Origin: Nitrosopumilus sp.
GTDB taxonomy: Archaea; Thermoproteota; Nitrososphaeria; Nitrososphaerales; Nitrosopumilaceae
Reading direction: 5' to 3'
Assembly (NCBI GenBank): GCA_963667665.2
Contig: OY763927.2
Location: 1,216,001-1,280,000 of the forward strand
Length of the DNA: 64,000 nucleotides
The translations under genes were made by a program, and so were the position numbers. The notes below the pieces were generated by a model, which was not told the DNA's origin, ran no database searches, and worked only from the letters and a program-made list of their open reading frames with translations. Each line of letters starts with the position of its first letter. Position 1 is the first letter of the stretch. This document shows positions 1 through 9,196 of the stretch, piece by piece.

Positions 1-128
1 TGATTGTCAAATTGGGAATTTTCAGCAGATACAAACAAGTTTGGATTACTTGATGCCTCAGCATTCACTACAGGAATTAGTGAAAATATTGAGAAAATTA
101 TTAGTAAATAGAAGCATTTCTTGTCCAA
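1..128 (-). CDS. 5' end of a secreted protein with an S-layer (SlaA)-like N-terminal motif; runs off the window
   Basis: Manual translation from TTG at 128 (GTG at 131 possible): LDKKCFYLLIIFSIFSLIPVVNA-EASSNPNLFVSAENSQFDN. Signal peptide with AxA-like cleavage site. Not in the ORF track. Confidence 0.75.
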   Translation of the reverse strand, partial: MDKKCFYLLIIFSIFSLIPVVNAEASSNPNLFVSAENSQFDN

Positions 129-223
129 CACTCAAAATTCCATTTTATCACAAATAACATTGTCGTAGCATTTCTTCTTAGAAACTAGTAATACATAATA
201 AGAAATATCAAAAAATAAGGAAA

Positions 224-1576
224 ATGTTTGTTCAAAGAACCAAAGTTTTACAGATTTCACTTTTAGCTATTTTTTCTGCATTTCTAGTAGAGTTAATTTT
301 TGGTTTAATCTCAAACAGTCTTGCACTCATCACTGATAGTATTCATGCATTGTTAGACTGTGTAGTTACAATTGTTTTACTTTTGGCAGCAAGAATGGCA
401 ATCAAACCACCTGATGCAGAACATACCTACGGACATGGAAAAATTGAATCACTAGGTGGATTAATTGGAGGAATAGCAATTTTTCTGATTGCATGTTTTT
501 TTATTTATGAATCTATCAACAGATTACAGAGTCCGCCACCAAGTATTCTACCAGGATTATTTGCAATAATTGGTGGATTATACACAATAGGAATTGATTT
601 TTTCAGAATAATTCTGTTAAGAAGAGCCATAAAAAAAATTGGAGGTGCAACTCTCAAAGCAGATTTCTACCATGCATTTATGGATCTTGGTTCTACCGTA
701 GTTGCAATTGCGGGAATAGTTTTGATATCATATGGATTCTATTATGGAGATTTTGTTGCAGCATTAATTTTAGGAGGATTATTAGCAGTACTTAGTGTAA
801 AACTAATCTACAAAACTGCTCTTGATTTGACAGACATCATCTCACCTAAACTTGTAAAAGATGTCAGAGAGATTGCAACTTCAACAAAGGGAGTAATTGA
901 TGCCAATCCAATACTGATGAGAAGATCAGGTGATACAATTTTTACAGACATAACCATCTCATTAAGAGGTGATACTAGTTTTGATAAAGCACATGAAATT
1001 AGTAATAGTGTTGAGAGAAACATAAAAAATAAAATTTCAAATGCATCAATTACAATCCATTTTGAGCCAAATTGGAAAGATGTTCCATTGGATGGAAAAA
1101 TTTTAGATATTGCAAAAAGTGTTGATGGTGTAAAAGATGTTCATAATGTTAGTACACACAAAACCAAGGGAAAGACATTTTCTGATTTACATGTAATGGT
1201 TGACAAAGAGATCAATCTATCATCAGCCCATAAAATTTCTGAAATTGTTGAGCAGAAAATTCAAGAAAATATACTTGAAATTGCACATTCTACTATCCAT
1301 TTAGAGCCATTTGTGACAGTACCTGAGAAATTTAATGTAGAAGACACAATTACAGAAGATGAAATCAAGGAGGTTTTAGAGAAATATCCCGAAATCAAAA
1401 AAATTGGTCGCATTGTATCTTTGAGTTTTGAGAATATTCTCAAAATAGACATAGATTGTTCATTTGATAAGGAATTGTCAATTGAAAAAGTTCATGATTT
1501 AACATCAAAAATAGAACATGTCATTAGAACACAAATCAAAAATGCTGTAATTACAATTCATCCAGAACCAGACTAA
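224..1576 (+). CDS. Cation diffusion facilitator (CDF) family metal transporter with three C-terminal dimerisation domains
   Basis: DSIHALLD, PPDAEHTYGHGKIE, ADFYHAFMD; three repeats of the AHxIS...TIHxEP C-terminal domain. Confidence 0.92.
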   Translation: MFVQRTKVLQISLLAIFSAFLVELIFGLISNSLALITDSIHALLDCVVTIVLLLAARMAIKPPDAEHTYGHGKIESLGGLIGGIAIFLIACFFIYESINRLQSPPPSILPGLFAIIGGLYTIGIDFFRIILLRRAIKKIGGATLKADFYHAFMDLGSTVVAIAGIVLISYGFYYGDFVAALILGGLLAVLSVKLIYKTALDLTDIISPKLVKDVREIATSTKGVIDANPILMRRSGDTIFTDITISLRGDTSFDKAHEISNSVERNIKNKISNASITIHFEPNWKDVPLDGKILDIAKSVDGVKDVHNVSTHKTKGKTFSDLHVMVDKEINLSSAHKISEIVEQKIQENILEIAHSTIHLEPFVTVPEKFNVEDTITEDEIKEVLEKYPEIKKIGRIVSLSFENILKIDIDCSFDKELSIEKVHDLTSKIEHVIRTQIKNAVITIHPEPD

Positions 1577-2751
1577 ACCAAAATACTAGTCAGATACATT
1601 ACTAACATTCCTGCTGCAAAACCAGATACCACAGCAGCACTAGAGAAATTTTTGTCACCTTCATCTCTAATCCATTTCATTATTACAACAATTACTTGAA
1701 AAATAGCTCCTGCTCCAATTGCAAGAAAAATCACCGATGTAAATGGAGAATATACAAAACCACCAACCCATGCACCAAAAATGGCAGGAGAGCCTGCAAT
1801 TAACCCCATTGCGGCCAGTTTTCCTATCATTAATTTTCCTCTAGACATAGGGGCTGCGATAGCTATTCCTTCAGTAGTGTTATGCAAAGCAAATCCTACA
1901 ATTAGAAACGTGCTAAATGCAATAGAGCCCAATCCAACAGCTGCACCAATTGCAAGTCCTTCACCAAAATTATGCATTCCAATTCCAATAGAAATCATTA
2001 ATGCAATTGCGACAGGTTTTGAAATTTTTGAAGAATCAGCTTTTTTGACAAGTTTGTTTCCAGCATAATATAATCCAAGAAAAGACAATACTGTAACGGT
2101 AGCAACAAGCAAAGTACCATTAAAACTTCCAGCTAAACTCTCATCAGAAACATCAATTGCTTCTTCAATAGAATCAATTGCCAAGAAAAATAATAATCCA
2201 GCAGTTAATGCCAAAAAGAAATGGTACTTTTGTTTGCTTATTCTTTTTATGAAAGGAAGCCATAACAATCCAATCATTACAGGAATAATTCCAACATAAG
2301 TTCCAATTACTGCAAAAAAGATTACAAGATCAAAAGATGGTTCTAATGCAGGGGCAGCTGCCTCTATCTCTTTTTCAAATCTAGTTCCATCTTCGATAGT
2401 GATTCCAATTATGTAGGGTTCTGCTTCATTCCATTCAAATGGTATTCTTACCAAAGCTGTTTCAAACCGTTCTAGGAATCTATCGGGTTCAACTGCTGCA
2501 GGTTGTATTCTGTCATTAATATCTGCCATAACTACTTCAACAGAAATAGGTCCAGTGTTTCGTACAGTAGCTTGAATTTCAGAATCAACAAAATCTACTT
2601 TCTCAATAGTTATTTCAGGTAAAGGAACACCCAAATCTAACAAATCAGATCCAGGACCGAAAATGTATGCTATCAAAAGTATGAGAAACACAAATGGAAT
2701 TATACCACTTGCTAGAATCTTGCCTTTTGATGATTTGTTACTAATTTCCAT
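1573..2751 (-). CDS. ZIP family divalent metal transporter with an N-terminal extracellular domain
   Basis: HNFGEG and HNTTEG ZIP motifs; multiple TM helices. Confidence 0.92.
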   Translation of the reverse strand: MEISNKSSKGKILASGIIPFVFLILLIAYIFGPGSDLLDLGVPLPEITIEKVDFVDSEIQATVRNTGPISVEVVMADINDRIQPAAVEPDRFLERFETALVRIPFEWNEAEPYIIGITIEDGTRFEKEIEAAAPALEPSFDLVIFFAVIGTYVGIIPVMIGLLWLPFIKRISKQKYHFFLALTAGLLFFLAIDSIEEAIDVSDESLAGSFNGTLLVATVTVLSFLGLYYAGNKLVKKADSSKISKPVAIALMISIGIGMHNFGEGLAIGAAVGLGSIAFSTFLIVGFALHNTTEGIAIAAPMSRGKLMIGKLAAMGLIAGSPAIFGAWVGGFVYSPFTSVIFLAIGAGAIFQVIVVIMKWIRDEGDKNFSSAAVVSGFAAGMLVMYLTSILV

Positions 2752-3799
2752 AATCTACTCCTGTTTGTGATTTTTGAATTTGATTATCTTTAACTAGAAA
2801 TATTCCAACCCAACCTTTTTCTGAAAATTCTACCTTGTGAGCGTGAAATAGATACTTTCCAGGATATTCATACTGGAATTCCATAATACCACGCTCAGTT
2901 TGTGATAGAGTAATCATATCAGTGTAAAACGAAGGAACAGTATCGGTTCCTGTTGGATAATAATGATATAGATTGCCATGTAAGTGTAGATTGTTTATTG
3001 GATCGAATTCAACCATATTGACAACATAGATTCGAATTAGTTCATTAGTGTTAATTTCAATGGGATGATGTTGGTAATAAAATGGAATCGTGTTTGCAGC
3101 ATAGAAATTATTTTCAGTATCAAAATCAGTATCCAAACCATTTAGTACCATAACCATTTCATCTGCTAATGGTCTACCTTCTTTTGGATCAACTATGTAA
3201 ACACCATACAGACCACGGACAATATGTTCTTCAAGTGGCATCACATGACAGTGATATGGATGAACACCAACAGGACCTGCTTTAAATTCATAAGTAAAAC
3301 TACCTCCAGGTCCAACTATTTCAAATACACCATCCATCTCGGCTGGATGAATTCCATGAAAGTGCATTGTATGAGATTTTGAACCGTTATTCATGAAATT
3401 TATACGAACAAGATCACCTTCAGTAGCTCTTATGGTTGGACCTGGAACAGTACCATTGAATGTCCACACATTAAAGAATACACCTGGTGAAACTTCCATA
3501 ATTTTATCATCTTCTGCAATAATAGTAAATTCTCTTAGAGTAGTTCCATCAGATAACTGTGAAACTTTTCCATAGTTAAATTCTCGTAGATATTCCATCG
3601 GGTCAAATTCCAATGTTGCACTAGTATACAGGGGATCCAATACTTCACCTGTTGTTTTTATAACACCACCAGTATGTGTAACAAAGACGATCTCTTCTAG
3701 TTGGGCACTAATATCTTCTGTAAATGTAAAGTAAAGTGTAGACATTGCAATGATCACAAATATTGATACGATCATAATTCTAGAGCGATATTTTTTCAT
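2741..3799 (-). CDS. Two-domain multicopper oxidase (type C-like), membrane-anchored or secreted
   Basis: HTMHFHG, HCHVMPLEEH, LHLHGN, FHAHK copper motifs; N-terminal hydrophobic helix; ATG at 3799 preferred to GTG at 3817. Confidence 0.92.
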   Translation of the reverse strand: MKKYRSRIMIVSIFVIIAMSTLYFTFTEDISAQLEEIVFVTHTGGVIKTTGEVLDPLYTSATLEFDPMEYLREFNYGKVSQLSDGTTLREFTIIAEDDKIMEVSPGVFFNVWTFNGTVPGPTIRATEGDLVRINFMNNGSKSHTMHFHGIHPAEMDGVFEIVGPGGSFTYEFKAGPVGVHPYHCHVMPLEEHIVRGLYGVYIVDPKEGRPLADEMVMVLNGLDTDFDTENNFYAANTIPFYYQHHPIEINTNELIRIYVVNMVEFDPINNLHLHGNLYHYYPTGTDTVPSFYTDMITLSQTERGIMEFQYEYPGKYLFHAHKVEFSEKGWVGIFLVKDNQIQKSQTGVDYGN

Positions 3800-3837
3800 T
3801 AGATATATTCTGCGCACGTCTAAATTGTAATTTAAAT

Positions 3838-3889
3838 TTACCCTAAGCTAACTTTTTTAGCATTATCTAACTTTGTTAAACAAGACTAA
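3838..3889. promoter_or_regulatory. Three tandem DtxR/MntR-like operator boxes (TTAG-N6-CTAA type)
   Basis: TTACcctaagCTAA (3838-3851), TTAGcattatCTAA (3857-3870), TTAAacaagaCTAA (3876-3889); 19-bp period; upstream of the MCO-ZIP operon. Confidence 0.65.
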
Positions 3890-3941
3890 TTTACAAATTT
3901 TAAAAAATTACGTTTAAACTAAAGAAAATCAGTCATAATTT

Positions 3942-4445
3942 GTGCAAAAATCAGGAATAATGCTCATGAGTTCAGCTGCATTAATTGCAATAGGATTGCT
4001 TTTGTTAGTTTTAGGAAATCAAATTATCTTAGAAGGAATTAGTCAGGGAGAGGGAAAAGTGAGTTCTAGTCAATCACTGACAGTTTCAGCAGATTTTGAT
4101 TCACAAGAGACATCAACAGGAATTTTTGCGGTCCAAATTATGGAATTCAAAGATAACATATTTTCTGTTAAAGTATTAGATCCATTAGAGAGTGAAATTA
4201 TTTTTCAAACAATTAATGAAGAAACAATTGAAAAAGAATTTGATGTTTTAGAGACTGGAACATACGAACTAATCATTGAAAGTACTAGTAATGAGGAACC
4301 TATGATATTTGCAGCTATAGGACCACTTCCAGATGCTAACAAACAATTACTTGGCTCTATTTCAATTATTATACTTGTTATTGGAATGATTGGACTAGTA
4401 GTAGTAGGAATTTACGGAATTAAATATAGAAGAAAATCAATTTAG
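3942..4445 (+). CDS. Hypothetical membrane protein (N- and C-terminal TM helices, beta-rich middle)
   Basis: 167-aa ORF with hydrophobic termini. Confidence 0.75.
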   Translation: MQKSGIMLMSSAALIAIGLLLLVLGNQIILEGISQGEGKVSSSQSLTVSADFDSQETSTGIFAVQIMEFKDNIFSVKVLDPLESEIIFQTINEETIEKEFDVLETGTYELIIESTSNEEPMIFAAIGPLPDANKQLLGSISIIILVIGMIGLVVVGIYGIKYRRKSI

Positions 4446-4748
4446 ATAACTATCCATTTTTTCAAGACTATCAATGGCAGCATCAAAGTTATCACTATTT
4501 TCAACAATTGTGTTTAGTTTATCAGAATTGGCAGCAAGAAAACATTTTCCATCATCAGATTTTTTGGAAATAAATTCATGCTCTATCAAATAAGAGAGTC
4601 TTTCAAGAACCTCAGATTCAGATATGGAAACTTTTTGGGCTAAAAATGAACATTCTTTTTCACCATCTTCTAGTTCTGCCAATATTGAAGATGTTATAGG
4701 ATCAAACATACAATCTACGACTTTTTCTCGATCAAATGTTTCATCCAT
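4437..4748 (-). CDS. Small winged-helix (ArsR-like) hypothetical protein
   Basis: DPITSSILAELEDGEK...LAQKVSISESEVLERLSYL pattern; ATG at 4748. Confidence 0.65.
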   Translation of the reverse strand: MDETFDREKVVDCMFDPITSSILAELEDGEKECSFLAQKVSISESEVLERLSYLIEHEFISKKSDDGKCFLAANSDKLNTIVENSDNFDAAIDSLEKMDSYLN

Positions 4749-4835
4749 TTCACACAATTAGAAAAGTTGTAAATTTATAACTTTTCACACAAATCATGCC
4801 AATAAGATAATTAGGAAAAAGATACTCAGATAATC

Positions 4836-4988
4836 ATGCAAAAACTTTGCATCAAAGATCCATCAGGAAAAGGCAAACACTGTTTTTGTATAGATATTGA
4901 TGCCCAGCGAGGAGTCAAAAAATGCTGTAAATGTAACCAATGGAATGTTCAAGGTAATGACTGGACAGAAGATGCAGACTTTAGATAA
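4836..4988 (+). CDS. 50-aa Cys-rich microprotein
   Basis: MQKLCIKDPSGKGKHCFCIDIDAQRGVKKCCKCNQWNVQGNDWTEDADFR*; below the ORF-track cutoff. Confidence 0.6.
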   Translation: MQKLCIKDPSGKGKHCFCIDIDAQRGVKKCCKCNQWNVQGNDWTEDADFR

Positions 4989-5115
4989 TTTGAAATAAAA
5001 AATGGTATTATTATTGTGACTAGACACAAAAATCATCAGAAAAGAAAATTAGAAAAATCACCGAATTTGACGCCTAGCATGGTTTTTATCGGGGTTTCCT
5101 TGAATTTTGGAATAA

Positions 5116-5700
5116 TTGAGCAGTCAAGAATATAGACACATTGTAAGGATTGTGGGTAACGATATCCTAGGTGAGAGAAAGTCACTTGTAGGATTAACCC
5201 AGATCAAAGGTATTGGTTACAACTTTGCTACAGCAATTTTGGATACTCTAAAAATTAATACAAATTCCAATATCGGTAATCTTACGGATGATAATGTCAA
5301 AGCAATTGAAAAATTAATTTTAGATCCAATTGGAGCAAATTTTCCAACATGGTTTCTTAACAGAAACAAAGATTTTGAAACCGGAAAAAATTTGCATTTG
5401 TTAACATCAGATATTCCATTTACATTAAGAAATGATATTGAAAGAGAAAGAATAACTGCAAGTTGGAGAGCTTATCGTCATCTAAGTGGACTAAAAGTTA
5501 GAGGACAAAGAACTAGAACTTCAGGAAGAAAAGGTGGTGCAGTTGGTGTTGCCAAAGGTGGACTAGCAGCTCCAGTAAAGAAAGGTGATCCAGGAGCTCC
5601 AGGAGCAGATGCAGCAGCTACTACAGCAGATGCAGCAACAGAAAAGAAAGAAGCTCCAGCAGCAGAAAAGAAAGAAGCTCCAGTGGAGAAAAAGAAATAG
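5116..5700 (+). CDS. rps13: 30S ribosomal protein uS13 with Ala/Glu/Lys-rich C-terminal tail
   Basis: [31 protein letters not shown]. Confidence 0.97.
   Translation: MSSQEYRHIVRIVGNDILGERKSLVGLTQIKGIGYNFATAILDTLKINTNSNIGNLTDDNVKAIEKLILDPIGANFPTWFLNRNKDFETGKNLHLLTSDIPFTLRNDIERERITASWRAYRHLSGLKVRGQRTRTSGRKGGAVGVAKGGLAAPVKKGDPGAPGADAAATTADAATEKKEAPAAEKKEAPVEKKK
5641..5688 (+). repeat. 24-nt tandem repeat ([16 protein letters not shown]) in the uS13 tail
   Basis: gaaaagaaagaagctccagcagca then gaaaagaaagaagctccagtggag. Confidence 0.85.
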
Positions 5701-5709
5701 GTGTAATAA

Positions 5710-6336
5710 ATGGGAGACCCAAAATTACCACGTAGAGTTTGGAGAAAACCAAAGAGACCTCTTAATTATGAACTAAAGATGGAAGAGCTAAAAACTGTTG
5801 GTACATTTGGATTAAGAACTAAAAGAGAATTGTGGAAAGCACATACAGAATTATCGCGTGTGAGACATCAAGCAAGATCATTGCTTGCATTAAGACAAGA
5901 AGTTAGAGAAGAAAAAGAACCAATCTTAATGAAATCTCTTGCTAGAATTGGATTAGTAAGTAGTGATGCAACATTAGATGATGTACTTAATCTAAATGTG
6001 GACGATTTACTTTCACGTAGATTACAAACTATTGTTTCAAAGAAGCTTGGATTCAAAACTCCATATCAAGCAAGACAAGCAGTGATTCATGGACATATTA
6101 TGATTGGAGATAGAAAAATAGACATTCCATCATATACAGTTAGAGTGAATGAAGAAGACAATATTCACTTTACACCAGAATCTAAGATTCCAGAAATGTT
6201 AGAAAAAACAAAATCAGAGCCTGTAGTTGAAAAACCAGTTGAAGAAGAAGGTGAAACAACTACTGAAGAAGTTAAGACACCTACTGAAGAAGCACCAAAA
6301 GATGAAAGTTCTTCAACCGAACAATCAAAAAAATAG
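5710..6336 (+). CDS. rps4: 30S ribosomal protein uS4 with acidic C-terminal tail
   Basis: MGDPK, GLRTKRELWKA, RRLQTIV, QARQAVIHGHI. Confidence 0.97.
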   Translation: MGDPKLPRRVWRKPKRPLNYELKMEELKTVGTFGLRTKRELWKAHTELSRVRHQARSLLALRQEVREEKEPILMKSLARIGLVSSDATLDDVLNLNVDDLLSRRLQTIVSKKLGFKTPYQARQAVIHGHIMIGDRKIDIPSYTVRVNEEDNIHFTPESKIPEMLEKTKSEPVVEKPVEEEGETTTEEVKTPTEEAPKDESSSTEQSKK

Positions 6337-6375
6337 GCTTACCAGTAAATAACCCCAATTATCAAAGAGAATAAC

Positions 6376-8136
6376 ATGTGTTCAATTATTGGTTACTTCG
6401 GAAAGAAAATTGCTGCACCTATTATTGTAAAGGGATTAAAAAGAATGGAATATCGGGGATACGATAGTGTTGGAGTTGCAACAGAATCTGAAAATCAAAT
6501 TGAATTAAAGAAAGGTACTGGAAAAGTAAATGAAGTAAATTTAAAAGTTCAGTTAGATAAACTACCTGGAAAAATAGGTATTGGTCATACCAGATGGGCA
6601 ACTCATGGAAAAGTTACAGATGCAAATGCACATCCACATCAAAGTAACTCTGGAAAAATTGCTATAGTACATAACGGAATTATAGAAAATTTTGAAGAAT
6701 TAAAAAAACAGTTAGAAAATGAAGGATATAGTTTCAAAAGTGAAACAGATAGTGAAGTTATTGCAAACTTGCTTCAAAAAAATTATAAATCAACTGGAGA
6801 TATCAAAGAAACAATTTTGAAAACAGTCTCAAAACTTAAAGGACATTTTTCATTTGTTGCAATGTTTGAAAATGGTCAACTTGCAGCTGCAAGATTTCAT
6901 AAACCATTAATAATAGGAATTGGACAAGATGATTTCTTTTTGTCAAGCGATGTTTTAGGATTCATTGAACATACAGATGACGCAATCTATATGGAAAATG
7001 GAAATTTTGTTATTTTAGATAAAAATAAGTTTCAGATTTTTGATTTTAATGGTGAACATGCAAAATATGGAATCACAAAAGTTTCAAAAGAATTTGGAGA
7101 TGCTTACAAAGGAGATTATGCACATTTTACACTAAAAGAAATTTTTGAGCAACATGAAACAATTTTGAAAGCTGGAGAAAAAACAGCAGAAGCAATTGAA
7201 AAAACAGCAGACTATATCAGACATGCAAAAAACATCTACATAACAGGAAGTGGAACTAGTTACAATTCAGCCCTTATTGCAAAGCAAATTTTATCAAAAT
7301 ACGTCAAAATCAAGGCTGAGCCAATCATATCAAGTGAACTACAATTTGCACCAGATAGTATTGAAGAAAATTCTATCCTAATTGCAATATCGCAAAGTGG
7401 AGAAAGTGCTGACGTTTTAGATGCAGTAAGAATTGCAAAAGAAGCAAATTGCAAGATAATATGTATTGTCAATATGCTTACATCATCACTCGCACGTGAA
7501 TCAGATGTAGTGATTGGTATGAATTGTGGACCTGAAATTGGGGTTGCAGCAACAAAAAGTTTCACATCACAACTAGTAATACTCTATAAAATTGTGCAAA
7601 AATTAAGTAACAATGACATTACAATTAATTTTGAAAAGTTTTCTGAAACAATTTTAAAAATATTAGAGAATCCAAAAAAAATTCAACAGATTGCAAAAGA
7701 ATTAAAGGAAATTTCAGATATTTACATTTTAGGAAGAGGAATAAATTATCCTATTGCAATAGAGGCTGCCTTAAAATTAAAAGAGTTAACATACATTCAT
7801 GCAGAAGGAATTCCAGGAGGAGAATTAAAACATGGACCTCTTGCATTAATGGATTCTAATGTATTTGTGATCATTATCAATCCAAATGATTCAACTTATT
7901 CAGATACGCTAACAAGTGCTAGAGAGATAAAAGCTCGTGATGCAAAAATTATTGGAGTTTCAGATATAGAAAGTGATGTGTATGATTATTGGATAGAAAT
8001 TCCAAAAATAGATCAAGTATTGTATCCAATTTCAGAAATTATTCCAATACAATTGTTATCTTACTATGCAGCACTTGAAAAAGATACAGACCCAGATTAT
8101 CCTAGAAATCTAGCAAAATCAGTTACAGTGAAGTAA
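6376..8136 (+). CDS. glmS: Glutamine--fructose-6-phosphate transaminase (isomerising)
   Basis: N-terminal Cys, EYRGYDS, GHTRWATHG, SQSGES, PRNLAKSVTV. Confidence 0.97.
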   Translation: MCSIIGYFGKKIAAPIIVKGLKRMEYRGYDSVGVATESENQIELKKGTGKVNEVNLKVQLDKLPGKIGIGHTRWATHGKVTDANAHPHQSNSGKIAIVHNGIIENFEELKKQLENEGYSFKSETDSEVIANLLQKNYKSTGDIKETILKTVSKLKGHFSFVAMFENGQLAAARFHKPLIIGIGQDDFFLSSDVLGFIEHTDDAIYMENGNFVILDKNKFQIFDFNGEHAKYGITKVSKEFGDAYKGDYAHFTLKEIFEQHETILKAGEKTAEAIEKTADYIRHAKNIYITGSGTSYNSALIAKQILSKYVKIKAEPIISSELQFAPDSIEENSILIAISQSGESADVLDAVRIAKEANCKIICIVNMLTSSLARESDVVIGMNCGPEIGVAATKSFTSQLVILYKIVQKLSNNDITINFEKFSETILKILENPKKIQQIAKELKEISDIYILGRGINYPIAIEAALKLKELTYIHAEGIPGGELKHGPLALMDSNVFVIIINPNDSTYSDTLTSAREIKARDAKIIGVSDIESDVYDYWIEIPKIDQVLYPISEIIPIQLLSYYAALEKDTDPDYPRNLAKSVTVK

Positions 8137-9196
8137 ACAATCTGTGATATTCTTTTTCTACCATCTCTAAAAATTCTGCAGAATTGTTTCCCGTTTTGAG
8201 CATGGATGAGACAATGCTGCCACCTGCACCCACACCTTCTTTTGCAAATCCTTCTGAAAATGCCCTTAGACCAGAATATTGTGAATTTTTTAAGCCAGGA
8301 TCAACAGAGATTGCGGGAATATCAGATATTTCCTTGACTAAATTCTTGAAATTTGCACTTTCATCATTTGTAATATACGAAGTAGTTCCAATTGCAGTAT
8401 TTTCTTCATTAAATCCAATTTTTGATGCAAATGCCAATACTGCAGTCATCTGAGTTCCACCTGCCAACATAACTTTAGAAACATCAGAAGCAGCACTAAG
8501 CATTCCTGCAACAAAAGGAATCATAGGATCCCCAACTTTGGCAACAATACTGTAAGGATGATCAGAATTAATTCTATCAAGTGCAGAACTAACAATTTGA
8601 TTTTTCAATTCAACAGGATTGTTTGGAATACTAGAACTGACTTTAGCATCAAAACCTAATGCTTTCAATACAGCTAATGCAGTGGTAGTTCCACCAGGAA
8701 TACTCTCACCAATTATTAGACAATCAGTTAGAGATGCCATACTTCTTCCGACAATTCTACCATAATCAACAGCGTGTGACACTTGAGAATCAGTCATAGC
8801 ATCTTGATTTGAAATATTTTTTCCAAAAGGTAATCCTGTTTCAATGAAAGGTAATTGGGGAGAAATTTTACTACCAGCATTAATTGTTAAATGAGGAATA
8901 CTTGATGATTCCAAAGCAGTTTTTGTCAAAATCCCAGGAGTTGGTTTTCCATCAGGGGTCATTGGAATATTATCAATTGTTTTACAATATCCATAATGAA
9001 GATATTCTGCATCAGCTGGTGGAGTAAACTGTATTAAATTTTTATCTGCACCTGCAAAAGTAATTCCAGGAATTTCACAAGTTTCAGTATATGAAATTAC
9101 AAAAGAAAAAAGAAATCTTCCAGATTTAATAGTGTCTAGAAAATTTTGAGCCTTTTCAACATTACCAAATAGTTCAAAATTTTCCAAAAAATTCAC
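8123..9196 (-). CDS. cobT: Archaeal-type nicotinate-mononucleotide-dependent phosphoribosyltransferase CobT (cobamide lower-ligand activation)
   Basis: TETCEIPGITFAG, GESIPGGTTTA, LAGGTQM, KEGVGAGG. Confidence 0.88.
   Translation of the reverse strand: MNFLENFELFGNVEKAQNFLDTIKSGRFLFSFVISYTETCEIPGITFAGADKNLIQFTPPADAEYLHYGYCKTIDNIPMTPDGKPTPGILTKTALESSSIPHLTINAGSKISPQLPFIETGLPFGKNISNQDAMTDSQVSHAVDYGRIVGRSMASLTDCLIIGESIPGGTTTALAVLKALGFDAKVSSSIPNNPVELKNQIVSSALDRINSDHPYSIVAKVGDPMIPFVAGMLSAASDVSKVMLAGGTQMTAVLAFASKIGFNEENTAIGTTSYITNDESANFKNLVKEISDIPAISVDPGLKNSQYSGLRAFSEGFAKEGVGAGGSIVSSMLKTGNNSAEFLEMVEKEYHRLFTSL

Noticed and set aside
2741-3799. Multicopper protein as NirK nitrite reductase
   Set aside because: It has HxH motifs in both domains consistent with a trinuclear-cluster 2dMCO, and its context is ZIP-linked
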